Program-made: the position numbers and the translations under genes
Notes under the pieces: model-generated
Told to the model about the DNA's origin: nothing
What the model saw: the letters and a program-made list of their open reading frames with translations, nothing else
Databases searched by the model: none
From: Planctomycetota bacterium
GTDB lineage: Bacteria > Planctomycetota > B15-G4 > JADJEK01
Assembly (NCBI GenBank): GCA_044225365.1
Contig: JBGAIQ010000012.1
Span: 1 to 64,000, forward strand
DNA: 64,000 bases
Direction of reading: 5' to 3'
Shown here: in pieces, positions 39,141 to 47,617 of the stretch
Layout of the letters: every line of letters begins with the position of its first letter
Numbering within the stretch: the first letter of the stretch is position 1

Positions 39141-39929
39141 ATGAACGGTCTCACGTTCTTCTCGCTGCTGCGGACATGCGTGCTCTTGGTCCTGGGTTCC
39201 ATTCCATCTGCGTGCGTTGCGGGATCGAGCGAGACGACGCACCGCGAGATCGAGGTCCTTCTCCACGATGCGTCACGGGACCGCGACGTGCCGATCGTGA
39301 TCTACGAACCCGAATCCTCCCGACCCGCATCGCGCGTGGTCTTCATCAGCGGCGGCTATGGCGGGGAGACGACGGCGTACTCGTTCATTGCGCGCGATTT
39401 CACCGCACGCGGCGACCTCGTCGTGAGCATCCAGCACAACCTGCCTGGCGATGCGCCCATCGCGACGGAGGGCGATCTAAGAACGCTTCGAATGCCCGTC
39501 TGGCGACGAGGCGAAGCGACGATCCATTTCGTGAAGCATGAACTCGCGAGTCGATATCCACAGTTCGATTGGACGCGATTGATCCTGATCGGGCATTCGA
39601 ACGGCGGCGACATCTCGACGATCACGGCGACGGACGATCCCGCGCTCGTTTCGCATCTCATCACACTCGATCATCGTCGCGTGCCGCTGCCTCGATCGAT
39701 GGCGACGCGGGTCTTGTCGATCAGGGCCTCGGAGTACGAAGCTGACCCCGGTGTCTTGCCCGACGCGCGGGAAGCGGAGGAGTTCGGCATGACCATCGTT
39801 CGATTCGAGAACACGTCCCATATCGCGTTGTCGAACGTAGGGGACGAAGCCCTGAGGAAGTGCGTGCTCGACGTGATTCACGAATTCCTCGATCGCGATG
39901 CGCAAGCGACCGTGGCGCTCCCCCGATAG
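39141..39929 (+). CDS. alpha/beta hydrolase (possible lipoprotein)
   Basis: DASRDRDVPIVIY, GHSNGG, LITLDHRR. Confidence 0.82.
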   Translation: MNGLTFFSLLRTCVLLVLGSIPSACVAGSSETTHREIEVLLHDASRDRDVPIVIYEPESSRPASRVVFISGGYGGETTAYSFIARDFTARGDLVVSIQHNLPGDAPIATEGDLRTLRMPVWRRGEATIHFVKHELASRYPQFDWTRLILIGHSNGGDISTITATDDPALVSHLITLDHRRVPLPRSMATRVLSIRASEYEADPGVLPDAREAEEFGMTIVRFENTSHIALSNVGDEALRKCVLDVIHEFLDRDAQATVALPR

Positions 39930-39941
39930 CCGATAGCAAAG

Positions 39942-40469
39942 ATGGCACCGCTTCGACGATCAAAGAAGAGAACCGAATCGAGCGCGGTCCGCGAGGCGCT
40001 TGCTCGGTTCGAATCCGCCAAGACGAAGGATGAGAGCGAGGATCGTCTCGACGACCTCGCCCGGATCGCCGGCCATCATGTTTCGGAGATCCTCGACTTG
40101 TACTCGCGAGGATCGAGGTCGGCGTTCGCGCTCGTCTGGTGCCTCCAAGGTGTACGAGAGCCACGGGTGGTCGAGTTCTTCGAGAGCGCCTTGCGCGATC
40201 GGGACGCGTTCATTCGCTGGGCGGCCGCCGAGGGGCTGAAGCACTGTGAGGACGAGCGGCTGATTCCCGTGTTCTGTCGTGCGCTTCGTGATCGCGCCCA
40301 TCTGGTGAAGGCTGTGGCGATCGAGTGGCTGGGAACACACGGAGACGATCGCGCCATCGCGCCGCTCGAGCGACTCTTCGAGCTAAGAAGTCTCGAGAAG
40401 AGCGCGCCCGGTCTCCTCACGGCGGCGGCCCGATCGATCTCGAGCATTCGCGCGCGCATGAGCGAGTGA
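39942..40469 (+). CDS. HEAT-repeat protein
   Basis: Repeats ALRDRDAFIRWAAAEGL and ALRDRAHLVKAVAIEWL. Confidence 0.75.
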   Translation: MAPLRRSKKRTESSAVREALARFESAKTKDESEDRLDDLARIAGHHVSEILDLYSRGSRSAFALVWCLQGVREPRVVEFFESALRDRDAFIRWAAAEGLKHCEDERLIPVFCRALRDRAHLVKAVAIEWLGTHGDDRAIAPLERLFELRSLEKSAPGLLTAAARSISSIRARMSE

Positions 40470-40601
40470 CGAAGGCGATCGCGATCTCCTTCGATGCAGA
40501 CGAGGAGCGAAGGCCATGCTATCGGGGTGCCGATCCCGCGATCCTCGATCGCGAAGACCGTGGGATCGAACCGTGAACCCCGAACGAAAAGGTAGAAGTC
40601 C

Positions 40602-41345
40602 ATGGACAAGCGACTCCAGAATCGAACCGCATTCGTCACGGGCGGGAGTCGTGGAATCGGCGCCGCGATCGTGAGAAGACTCGCGAGCGAGGGAGCGAGC
40701 GTGGCATTGACCTACGTCAGCCGTTCGGATCAGGCGGAAGACACTGCTCGTGCCGCGCGCGCCCTTGGCGTGAAGGCGATGGCGATCAAGGCGGACAGCG
40801 CGGAACCGATTGCCGTGGCTGCGGCCGTCGACCAGGCAGCGGAAGAATTCGGAGGGATCGACATCGCCGTCTGCAATGCGGGCATCGCCGTGATGGCGCC
40901 CGTCGAGCGATTCACTCTACAGGAGTTCGATCGTATGATCGCGATCAACATCCGCTCCGCGTTCGCCGTCATCCAAGCCGCGGCCCGACACATGAAGACG
41001 AACGGCCGCGCGATCACGATTGGGAGCTGCAATGCCGAACGCATGCCGTTCGCGGGCGGCGCAGTGTACGCGATGACGAAAGCCGCGCTCGTTGGGCTGG
41101 TGAAGGGCCTGGCGCGCGATCTCGGGCCGCGCGGAATCACGGTGAACAACATCCAACCGGGGCCGGTCGATACGGACATGAATCCCGCGAACTCGGAATT
41201 CGCAGCGACGCTCAAGACGTTGATGGCGCTCCCCCGCTACGGCGCCGCAGACGAGATCGCGGGAATGGTCGCATACCTTGCGAGTCAGGAAGCGGGTTTC
41301 GTCACGGGAGCCAGTCTGACGATCGACGGCGGGTTCACGGCGTAA
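40602..41345 (+). CDS. short-chain dehydrogenase/reductase
   Basis: TGGSRGIG, NAG, YAMTK, QPGPVDT. Confidence 0.93.
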   Translation: MDKRLQNRTAFVTGGSRGIGAAIVRRLASEGASVALTYVSRSDQAEDTARAARALGVKAMAIKADSAEPIAVAAAVDQAAEEFGGIDIAVCNAGIAVMAPVERFTLQEFDRMIAINIRSAFAVIQAAARHMKTNGRAITIGSCNAERMPFAGGAVYAMTKAALVGLVKGLARDLGPRGITVNNIQPGPVDTDMNPANSEFAATLKTLMALPRYGAADEIAGMVAYLASQEAGFVTGASLTIDGGFTA

Positions 41346-41391
41346 TCGATCACGGCTCTCATCACCGACTGCGGAGAGGTATGCTGATCCG

Positions 41392-41880
41392 ATGCGCTAC
41401 GCGATGCGACAAAAGCTGTTCTGTTTTGGGGACGACTTCACGATCCAGGACGAAGAAGGACGCGATCGCTACTATGTCGATGGGGCAGCGTTTAGCTTCG
41501 GCGATCGACTGTCGTTCGAGGACATGGAGAGACGAGAGCTCGCACACATCAGCGAGCGATTGCTTTCCTGGGGCCCGACGTACGAGATCCATCGTGGGGA
41601 TCGATTGGCTGCGGTCGTCAAGAAGTCGATCTTCACTCTGTTCAACTGCCGGTTCTCGGTGGACGTTCCCGGTCCCGACGATCTCGAAGCCGAGGGCAGC
41701 TTCACCGATCATGAATACACGATCCACCGCGCCGGACGCGTAGTCGCCACGGTCTCGAAGCGCTGGTTCTCGTTCACCGACTCCTATGGTGTCGACATCG
41801 CGAGCGGCGAGGACGATGTTCTCATTCTCGCGTGTACGGTCGTCATCGACATGGCGTGCCACCCGGATGAGAAGCGTTGA
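41392..41880 (+). CDS. LURP-one-related (Tubby C 2) family protein
   Basis: MRQKLFCFGDDFTIQD...VSKRWFSFTDSYGVDI...LILACTVVID. Confidence 0.9.
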   Translation: MRYAMRQKLFCFGDDFTIQDEEGRDRYYVDGAAFSFGDRLSFEDMERRELAHISERLLSWGPTYEIHRGDRLAAVVKKSIFTLFNCRFSVDVPGPDDLEAEGSFTDHEYTIHRAGRVVATVSKRWFSFTDSYGVDIASGEDDVLILACTVVIDMACHPDEKR

Positions 41881-41902
41881 ACGGCTCGCCGATCGCTCGC
41901 GT

Positions 41903-42274
41903 TCAGCGTAGGCGGTTCGCCGCGACCGCAACGCTCAAGAGTGCGAGGCCAAAGAGTCCGAGGTAGACGCAGAGTCGAATCGACCGAGGGCTGTGTCGAT
42001 TCGCTGTGCCCATCCAGAACGAACCCAGCCAGCGATGGTCGGAGAGTCCGGCCGACACCGAACCGAGGAACATGGCGCCGCCCCAAACCCAATACGCGAA
42101 GAGATCGGGCTCAAGCCAGCTCGAATGGACCGGGAATCGTCGGAAGTGCAGGAGATCGCTCGAATCACGAAGGCCGTAGTAAGCAAGGAACGCACCGAGC
42201 CCGGCGCCGGATACGAAGAAGATCGCCCAAGCCATCCAGTCAGCGCGGGTCTCTCCCCTTGGGCACTTCGTCAT
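41903..42274 (-). CDS. hypothetical membrane protein
   Basis: Three hydrophobic segments; fills the gap between genes; start uncertain. Confidence 0.55.
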   Translation of the reverse strand: MTKCPRGETRADWMAWAIFFVSGAGLGAFLAYYGLRDSSDLLHFRRFPVHSSWLEPDLFAYWVWGGAMFLGSVSAGLSDHRWLGSFWMGTANRHSPRSIRLCVYLGLFGLALLSVAVAANRLR

Positions 42275-42381
42275 CCGAGTCCTACACCGGAAGTTTCGTT
42301 CGTGGGGGGCCGAAGCCTACTACAGTAGAACGTCGTCGATTCAAATCGACTTCGAGTCCGATGACGGAGAAGTGTTCCTTC

Positions 42382-43107
42382 ATGCCTATCCAGGTCTCCG
42401 AGATCGCTCCGGACGTCTTCCGAATCGCCACGTATCTGCCCGGGCCCGATCTCCAATTCGCTCAGTTCGTCGTCCGCGACGAGGAGCCGTTGCTCTATCA
42501 CACCGGGTCGAAGCGGATGCTCGAAGATGTGCTCGAGGGCGTGCGGAAGGTCGTCGATCCCGCCCGCATCCGATGGATCGGATTCAGTCACTACGAATCG
42601 GACGAGTGCGGCTCGCTGAACGACTGGCTTTCGATCGCCAAAGACGCGACCGCGGTATGCAGCTTCGTCGGCGCGGAAGTGAGCGTGAACGACACGTCGA
42701 TCCGGCCAGCGCGCGGAATGCGGGACGGCGAGGTGTTCTCGACCGGGAAGCGCCGTTTCAGATTCCTCTCCACGCCGCACGTCCCGCATTGTTGGGAGGC
42801 CGGCCTCCTGTTCGAGGAGACCGAAGCCACGCTGTTCTGCTCCGACCTGTTCCATCAGAACGGTGATGTCGAGGCTCTCACGGAGAAGAGCGTGCTCGAT
42901 CGAGTGCGGAATACCCTCGTGATGTATCAAGCCTCGCCGTTTGCGAACTACCTTCCTTACACGGGACACACCGACGGAATCGTTCGGAGTCTTGCCAAAC
43001 TGGGGCCCAAGACGCTCGCCACGATGCACGGATCGATCTTCCATGGCGACGGCGCACGGGAGATCCACGGGCTCGCGGATGTCCTGCGCGAGGTGCTGGC
43101 ACACTGA
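42382..43107 (+). CDS. metallo-beta-lactamase-fold protein (FprA/ODP-like)
   Basis: [32 protein letters not shown]. Confidence 0.87.
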   Translation: MPIQVSEIAPDVFRIATYLPGPDLQFAQFVVRDEEPLLYHTGSKRMLEDVLEGVRKVVDPARIRWIGFSHYESDECGSLNDWLSIAKDATAVCSFVGAEVSVNDTSIRPARGMRDGEVFSTGKRRFRFLSTPHVPHCWEAGLLFEETEATLFCSDLFHQNGDVEALTEKSVLDRVRNTLVMYQASPFANYLPYTGHTDGIVRSLAKLGPKTLATMHGSIFHGDGAREIHGLADVLREVLAH

Positions 43108-43155
43108 CGATGATTCCGATCCAACAACGAGGGTGCTGGCCAACACGGGCAGCGA

Positions 43156-43659
43156 ATGAAGATCACAGCGAAGATCACGGATATCACGAAGTGCAAGGTC
43201 GAGGCGATCGTGAACGCGGCGAACGAGCAGCTCGCTCCGGGCGGAGGCGTATGCGGCGCGATCCATCGAGGAGCTGGGCCCGGACTCGCGGCAGCCTGTA
43301 AGCGTATCGCGCCGTGCCCGACTGGGGAGGCGCGAATCACTCCGGGCTTCGAACTCGAAGCGCTGTTCGTCATCCACGCTGTGGGTCCCGTCTGGCGCGG
43401 CGGACAGATGGGAGAAGCCGATAAGCTTGCGTCGGCCTATCGCAGCGCTCTCGAACTGGCGGAGAAGAACCGCGTGAAGTCGATCGCGTTCCCCGCGATC
43501 TCGACGGGGATCTACGGGTTTCCGCTCGCCGCGGCAACCTCGATCGCGGTGCGAACCGTGCAGGAGTTCGCGCTCACGGCGCGATGCCTGGAGACGGTCG
43601 TCTTTGCCTGCTTCAACGCCGATTCCCTCGCATCCTACCGCAGCGCCGGCATTTCGTAG
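43156..43659 (+). CDS. macro-domain O-acetyl-ADP-ribose deacetylase (YmdB-like)
   Basis: DIT...AIVNAAN..L.PGGGVCGAIH, VIHAVGP, SIAFPAISTGIYGFP. Confidence 0.93.
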   Translation: MKITAKITDITKCKVEAIVNAANEQLAPGGGVCGAIHRGAGPGLAAACKRIAPCPTGEARITPGFELEALFVIHAVGPVWRGGQMGEADKLASAYRSALELAEKNRVKSIAFPAISTGIYGFPLAAATSIAVRTVQEFALTARCLETVVFACFNADSLASYRSAGIS

Positions 43660-43721
43660 GGGCGCACGGCTGTGCGCCCGAATTCGGCAATCAAGCCGGG
43701 CAGACAGCCGTCTGCCCCTAC
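43656..43721. repeat. GTAG-type REP inverted pair (REPIN-like)
   Basis: 24-mers identical to those at 26384 and 26437, here at 43656-43679 and 43698-43721, between convergent genes. Confidence 0.85.
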
Positions 43722-45946
43722 GGGAGCTCGCGCGTGGCGACGGCGGATTGCACCGGATTCGGCGACGTTCCGGCCTCCGTTGCCTGGAAATGGAGCGTCA
43801 AACCCGAGAGGCCCGGAGGAACGCCGACGCTCCACGTCACGGTTCCTGCGGCATTCGCGATCCCGGTGAAGATCACGTATGCGAACGGATTGGGAAGGAC
43901 GGCGAGGTCGAGGTCGACCGCCCACGCCGGATCGGTGAGGGCGAAGGTCCCGATCGCCGTCGAGTAGAGAACGGCTTCGAACGCGCTGGCATCGCAACCG
44001 CCCAGGGTGAAATTCGCGGTGCTCCCCGCGGACAGCGAGAGAGGTAGATTGAGCGAGAGCGTCGACGGCTGCCCGATGGCGAACTCCGCGAGCAATCGAA
44101 CGTACGCCGCCTGCATCGGGATGTGACACTCCGTGAGCTCCCATGAGTTCTGCGGCCAATCCGCGTTCCAGTCCTTGAAGCTCTTCAGAACCGGCTGTCC
44201 CATGGGGGGCACGAGTGGCGGGCCCGCGTAGGCAGGATCGGGTGCGAACGATGGATTCACACCGCCGACCAAGTATCCGGGCGGTGGCCCGCTCGGCGAA
44301 GTGAGCGCGTTGTCGTAGATCGTGCCGTCCGCGAACCAGGCGGAGTAGAACTCGGGAAGGCTGTTCTCGGCGCCGAGCGACGCCATGTTCGTCAGATAAC
44401 AATAACCCGTGGGGTTCACTCCGTGGATGTAATGTAGGTAGTCCTCGGCCGCCGTGCGATAGAGGGCGGCATTCGGCGTATCGAGCCCGCGACGGTTCAT
44501 CGCCATGAACATCGAGCCCTCACGGCACTTGGTCCGATTGGAGCCCCAGGTGTGGTCCTGGTCGTAGAGGAATGCGCGATACGCGTCGCTCTGCCCTGTG
44601 AATTGCGCCAGGTGATCCGCACCCTTCATCAAGTTCGCGTACGTGGTGCGAATCGTTTGCGCGAGCGAGAGCGTCGCGCCCGGAGTTTCCGCGTATGTCA
44701 GGAGCGCTTCCTGCCAATCCTGCTCGAAGGGAGATGCCCATCCCCATTGGATCATGTGCGACGCATTCGCATTGCTCTCGACGAAAGTCTTGTACTTGGC
44801 GAGTTTCGTGGCGCGATACAAATGCACCGCGGCACGCATCCGGTTCATCTGTTGTTCGTAGGCCGAGTCCTCCGCGGCGGCGTTCTGGAATCCGGCATTG
44901 TCGTAGGCGGATGGGATCTGTGCGGGATGCGCTTCCAGCCAATTCCACGCACCGATGGCCGCAACGCGTAATTGCGCTCCAAAGGCCTGACTCGAGGCAT
45001 CGGGGCGAGCTTCGAAGTCCAGAGCGGCGCGCGCGAACGCGCCGCAGGCGGAGATCGTCGCCGAGGCCGTCGCCGGCGCGTAGCGTCGAGGAGCGGTGTC
45101 CGTGCTCGGTGGACTACCCGCCGCGAAATTCGTCACCGATACCTTGTGAAGCACCGATCCGTCGGGGTTCTGCATCTTCAGCATCCACGAGAGTTCGTAA
45201 CGGATCTCGTCGAGGATGTCGGGAACGCCGTTGCCGGACTCGGGAATGCCTTCGTCGTCGGGCCAGCCGAGCGGATCGATCTCGTACGCGCCGAGCAGAT
45301 CCTGCAACGCGTCGTCGGCGTAGTTGATGTACTTGTTGTAGTCCCCAGCGTCGTGCCAGCCGCCCGACAAGTCCTTCGATGTTGCGGGAACAGGATTGCT
45401 GACGAGCCGACAATCGAGGTCCTGTTGGCCGTGGAGATGGCACGCGGTGTCGGTCCACTTCGAACCCGTGAACGGAGTCGATTTCGGCGCTCCGCATCGT
45501 TGCTGGTAGTACATCTTCATCGCGGTTCGAAGGACGGAATCGTAGACGTCCTTGTCGATCGGGAAGTCCTCGGAGCGCGCCGCCGTCGCGGGATCGATCA
45601 CGTAGAAGACGCCGGGCGATTGAAAGGAACTGAAGTCGAACCACCAGACCTTGTCACCGGATTGCGAGTGCGTCGCTCCGGCTTTCCAGGGGATCGCTTG
45701 TCCGGAGAATACGACCGCGTCGTCGCTCGATCGCTTCACTTGGATCGTCGACGGCGACGTGTAGTTCGCGGGAGCGTCGTAGCCCGTTACGGGCGCACGG
45801 AAGATCGCCATCTTCGTCGCTCGGGGCCGATAGCCGAACGGATCGACGCGGACGTGAAGGTCGCTGGGGGCACCGGATGCCGTGCTTGCGAAGAATACGA
45901 TTAGGAACGAAGCGGCCAATGCACCACCGCGCGAAGACATGAGCAT
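43718..45946 (-). CDS. glycoside hydrolase family 9 (Ig-like N-domain + GH9 + C-terminal domain)
   Basis: RVDPFGY..K.A Ig-domain start, YYQQRCG, DLSGGWHDAGDYNKY, PDILDEIRYEL, SWELTECHI; GGGAGG RBS. Confidence 0.92.
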   Translation of the reverse strand: MLMSSRGGALAASFLIVFFASTASGAPSDLHVRVDPFGYRPRATKMAIFRAPVTGYDAPANYTSPSTIQVKRSSDDAVVFSGQAIPWKAGATHSQSGDKVWWFDFSSFQSPGVFYVIDPATAARSEDFPIDKDVYDSVLRTAMKMYYQQRCGAPKSTPFTGSKWTDTACHLHGQQDLDCRLVSNPVPATSKDLSGGWHDAGDYNKYINYADDALQDLLGAYEIDPLGWPDDEGIPESGNGVPDILDEIRYELSWMLKMQNPDGSVLHKVSVTNFAAGSPPSTDTAPRRYAPATASATISACGAFARAALDFEARPDASSQAFGAQLRVAAIGAWNWLEAHPAQIPSAYDNAGFQNAAAEDSAYEQQMNRMRAAVHLYRATKLAKYKTFVESNANASHMIQWGWASPFEQDWQEALLTYAETPGATLSLAQTIRTTYANLMKGADHLAQFTGQSDAYRAFLYDQDHTWGSNRTKCREGSMFMAMNRRGLDTPNAALYRTAAEDYLHYIHGVNPTGYCYLTNMASLGAENSLPEFYSAWFADGTIYDNALTSPSGPPPGYLVGGVNPSFAPDPAYAGPPLVPPMGQPVLKSFKDWNADWPQNSWELTECHIPMQAAYVRLLAEFAIGQPSTLSLNLPLSLSAGSTANFTLGGCDASAFEAVLYSTAIGTFALTDPAWAVDLDLAVLPNPFAYVIFTGIANAAGTVTWSVGVPPGLSGLTLHFQATEAGTSPNPVQSAVATRELP

Positions 45947-46119
45947 GTTGCCTCCCTGGATGGTGCTTCGACGAACCGCAGCGCGAAAGGTTCGCGAAAG
46001 CCGTGAATCGAGTCCTTGTCGGCGTGGTCCGACCTCCGTTGCAGGTAAATGCCCTCTCGACGTCACGACTTGGCGCGTACAGTTGCGGCCGATTCCGATT
46101 TGTCTCCCCGAGCATCGTC

Positions 46120-46605
46120 ATGCGAATCCTCATCTTCGGAAACTCCGGCTCCGGCAAATCGCACCTCGCGAAGCGACTCGCCCGTGAGCACTCCCTTCCC
46201 CATCTCGACCTCGACACGATCGTATGGGAGCCTGGCAAGATCGCGGTGCAGCGAGACATGGAATCCGTACGAGGAGACCTCGCAAGGTTCATCACGGAGC
46301 ACAGCGGATTCGTGATCGAGGGATGCTACGGCGAACTCATCGAATGGGCGCTGCCGCATTGCGACGAGCTGGTGTTCATGAACCCAGGACTGGAGACGTG
46401 CGTCGAGAACAACCGTCGCCGGCCTTGGGAGCAGCACAAATACGCGTCGAACAGCGCGCAACAGCGGATGCTTCCGATGTTGCTCTCGTGGGTCGAAGAT
46501 TATTATCGGCGCGACGACGCTTGGTCGCTTTCATTCCATCGCCGCTTGTTCGACTCGTTCACAGGTCGCAAGCGTGAGGTCACCACGCAGGATTCCACAC
46601 CATGA
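46120..46605 (+). CDS. P-loop kinase, AAA_18/FlaR-like
   Basis: GNSGSGKS Walker A, HLDLD, VIEGCY. Confidence 0.85.
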   Translation: MRILIFGNSGSGKSHLAKRLAREHSLPHLDLDTIVWEPGKIAVQRDMESVRGDLARFITEHSGFVIEGCYGELIEWALPHCDELVFMNPGLETCVENNRRRPWEQHKYASNSAQQRMLPMLLSWVEDYYRRDDAWSLSFHRRLFDSFTGRKREVTTQDSTP

Positions 46606-47036
46606 ATTTCTCGCCCACGTGGGTCCATTGGGCGCTGTTCTCGGCTGGCTTCGCCGCACTGACGGCCATCTTCGCGAAGATAGGACTGAAGGGAATCGAT
46701 TCCGATCTCGCGACGCTCGTTCGCACCTTCGTCATCATCCTCGTCCTCGGCGCATTCGTGTACGCGACGGGCAAGTGGACCAATCCGCTCGCGTTGCCGA
46801 ACAAGACGCTCGGCTTCCTCGTGCTCTCCGGACTCGCCACGGGCGCCTCGTGGGTCTGCTATTTCCGCGCACTGAAAGCGGGCGACGCATCGAAGGTGGC
46901 GCCGATCGACAAGCTCAGCGTCGTGCTCGTCGCGATCTTCGCCGTGATCTTCCTCGGTGAGCGCCCGTCCGGCCGTGAGTGGCTGGGAATCGCAATGGTC
47001 GGCGCCGGAGTTCTCGTCCTCAGTCTCAAGAAGTGA
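46602..47036 (+). CDS. EamA/DMT family small transporter
   Basis: AALTAIFAKIG, LSGLATGASWVCYFRAL, APIDKLS; ATGA overlap. Confidence 0.92.
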   Translation: MNFSPTWVHWALFSAGFAALTAIFAKIGLKGIDSDLATLVRTFVIILVLGAFVYATGKWTNPLALPNKTLGFLVLSGLATGASWVCYFRALKAGDASKVAPIDKLSVVLVAIFAVIFLGERPSGREWLGIAMVGAGVLVLSLKK

Positions 47037-47063
47037 GTGTCCAATTTCGTAGAGGGTTCCTTC

Positions 47064-47549
47064 ATGACGCTTCACATCGAGATCGCGAAGCGCGCGGATT
47101 CACGATCCGTCCTGCGATGTACGCGAGAGGACGGAACGCAGACCTGGCAGAAGAAGCTCGGTGCGCAGTCCGCGTTCTTCCCGTTCCACGATATCGTTCA
47201 CTACAGCGTCGAATCGGTGCTCGGCCTCCGGCAGGGTTTCTATGGGCTCGTCGCGTCGGGGTGGGACATCGAGGACACCGATGGAAAGGGCAAGCGCGGC
47301 GCGATCCCGAAGGCCACGATCCTCGCGGAGCACATCGTCAATCTGTTCGCGAACGAGCTGACGAGTGGGAAGTCGTGGGAGATCACCGAACTCAACGAGC
47401 AGCTCGCGTTCATCGCGTCGAAGGACGATCTTCCGCCACCGCCCCGCTTCACGGACGCCGTCGCCGAGCGCGTGCGTTCGAGGATCGCGGAGCTGCTTGC
47501 GAGGTATTCCTCGTTGGAAGCGGGCGAGAGACTCGAGCTCGAATTCTGA
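47064..47549 (+). CDS. conserved hypothetical protein
   Basis: Typical coding pattern; FPFHDIVHYSVE...GFYGLVASG motif; fills the operon gap. Confidence 0.75.
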   Translation: MTLHIEIAKRADSRSVLRCTREDGTQTWQKKLGAQSAFFPFHDIVHYSVESVLGLRQGFYGLVASGWDIEDTDGKGKRGAIPKATILAEHIVNLFANELTSGKSWEITELNEQLAFIASKDDLPPPPRFTDAVAERVRSRIAELLARYSSLEAGERLELEF

Positions 47550-47617
47550 GTGCATGGATCGGAGCGCTGAGTCGCTGCGCGATGGCGCAACGCGCCGATC
47601 AGCGTTAGATTCGGGCC

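Noticed and set aside
43156-43659. Macro domain as part of an anti-phage system (DarTG/Thoeris)
   Set aside because: It is a stand-alone YmdB-like protein with no toxin, TIR or SIR2 neighbour.
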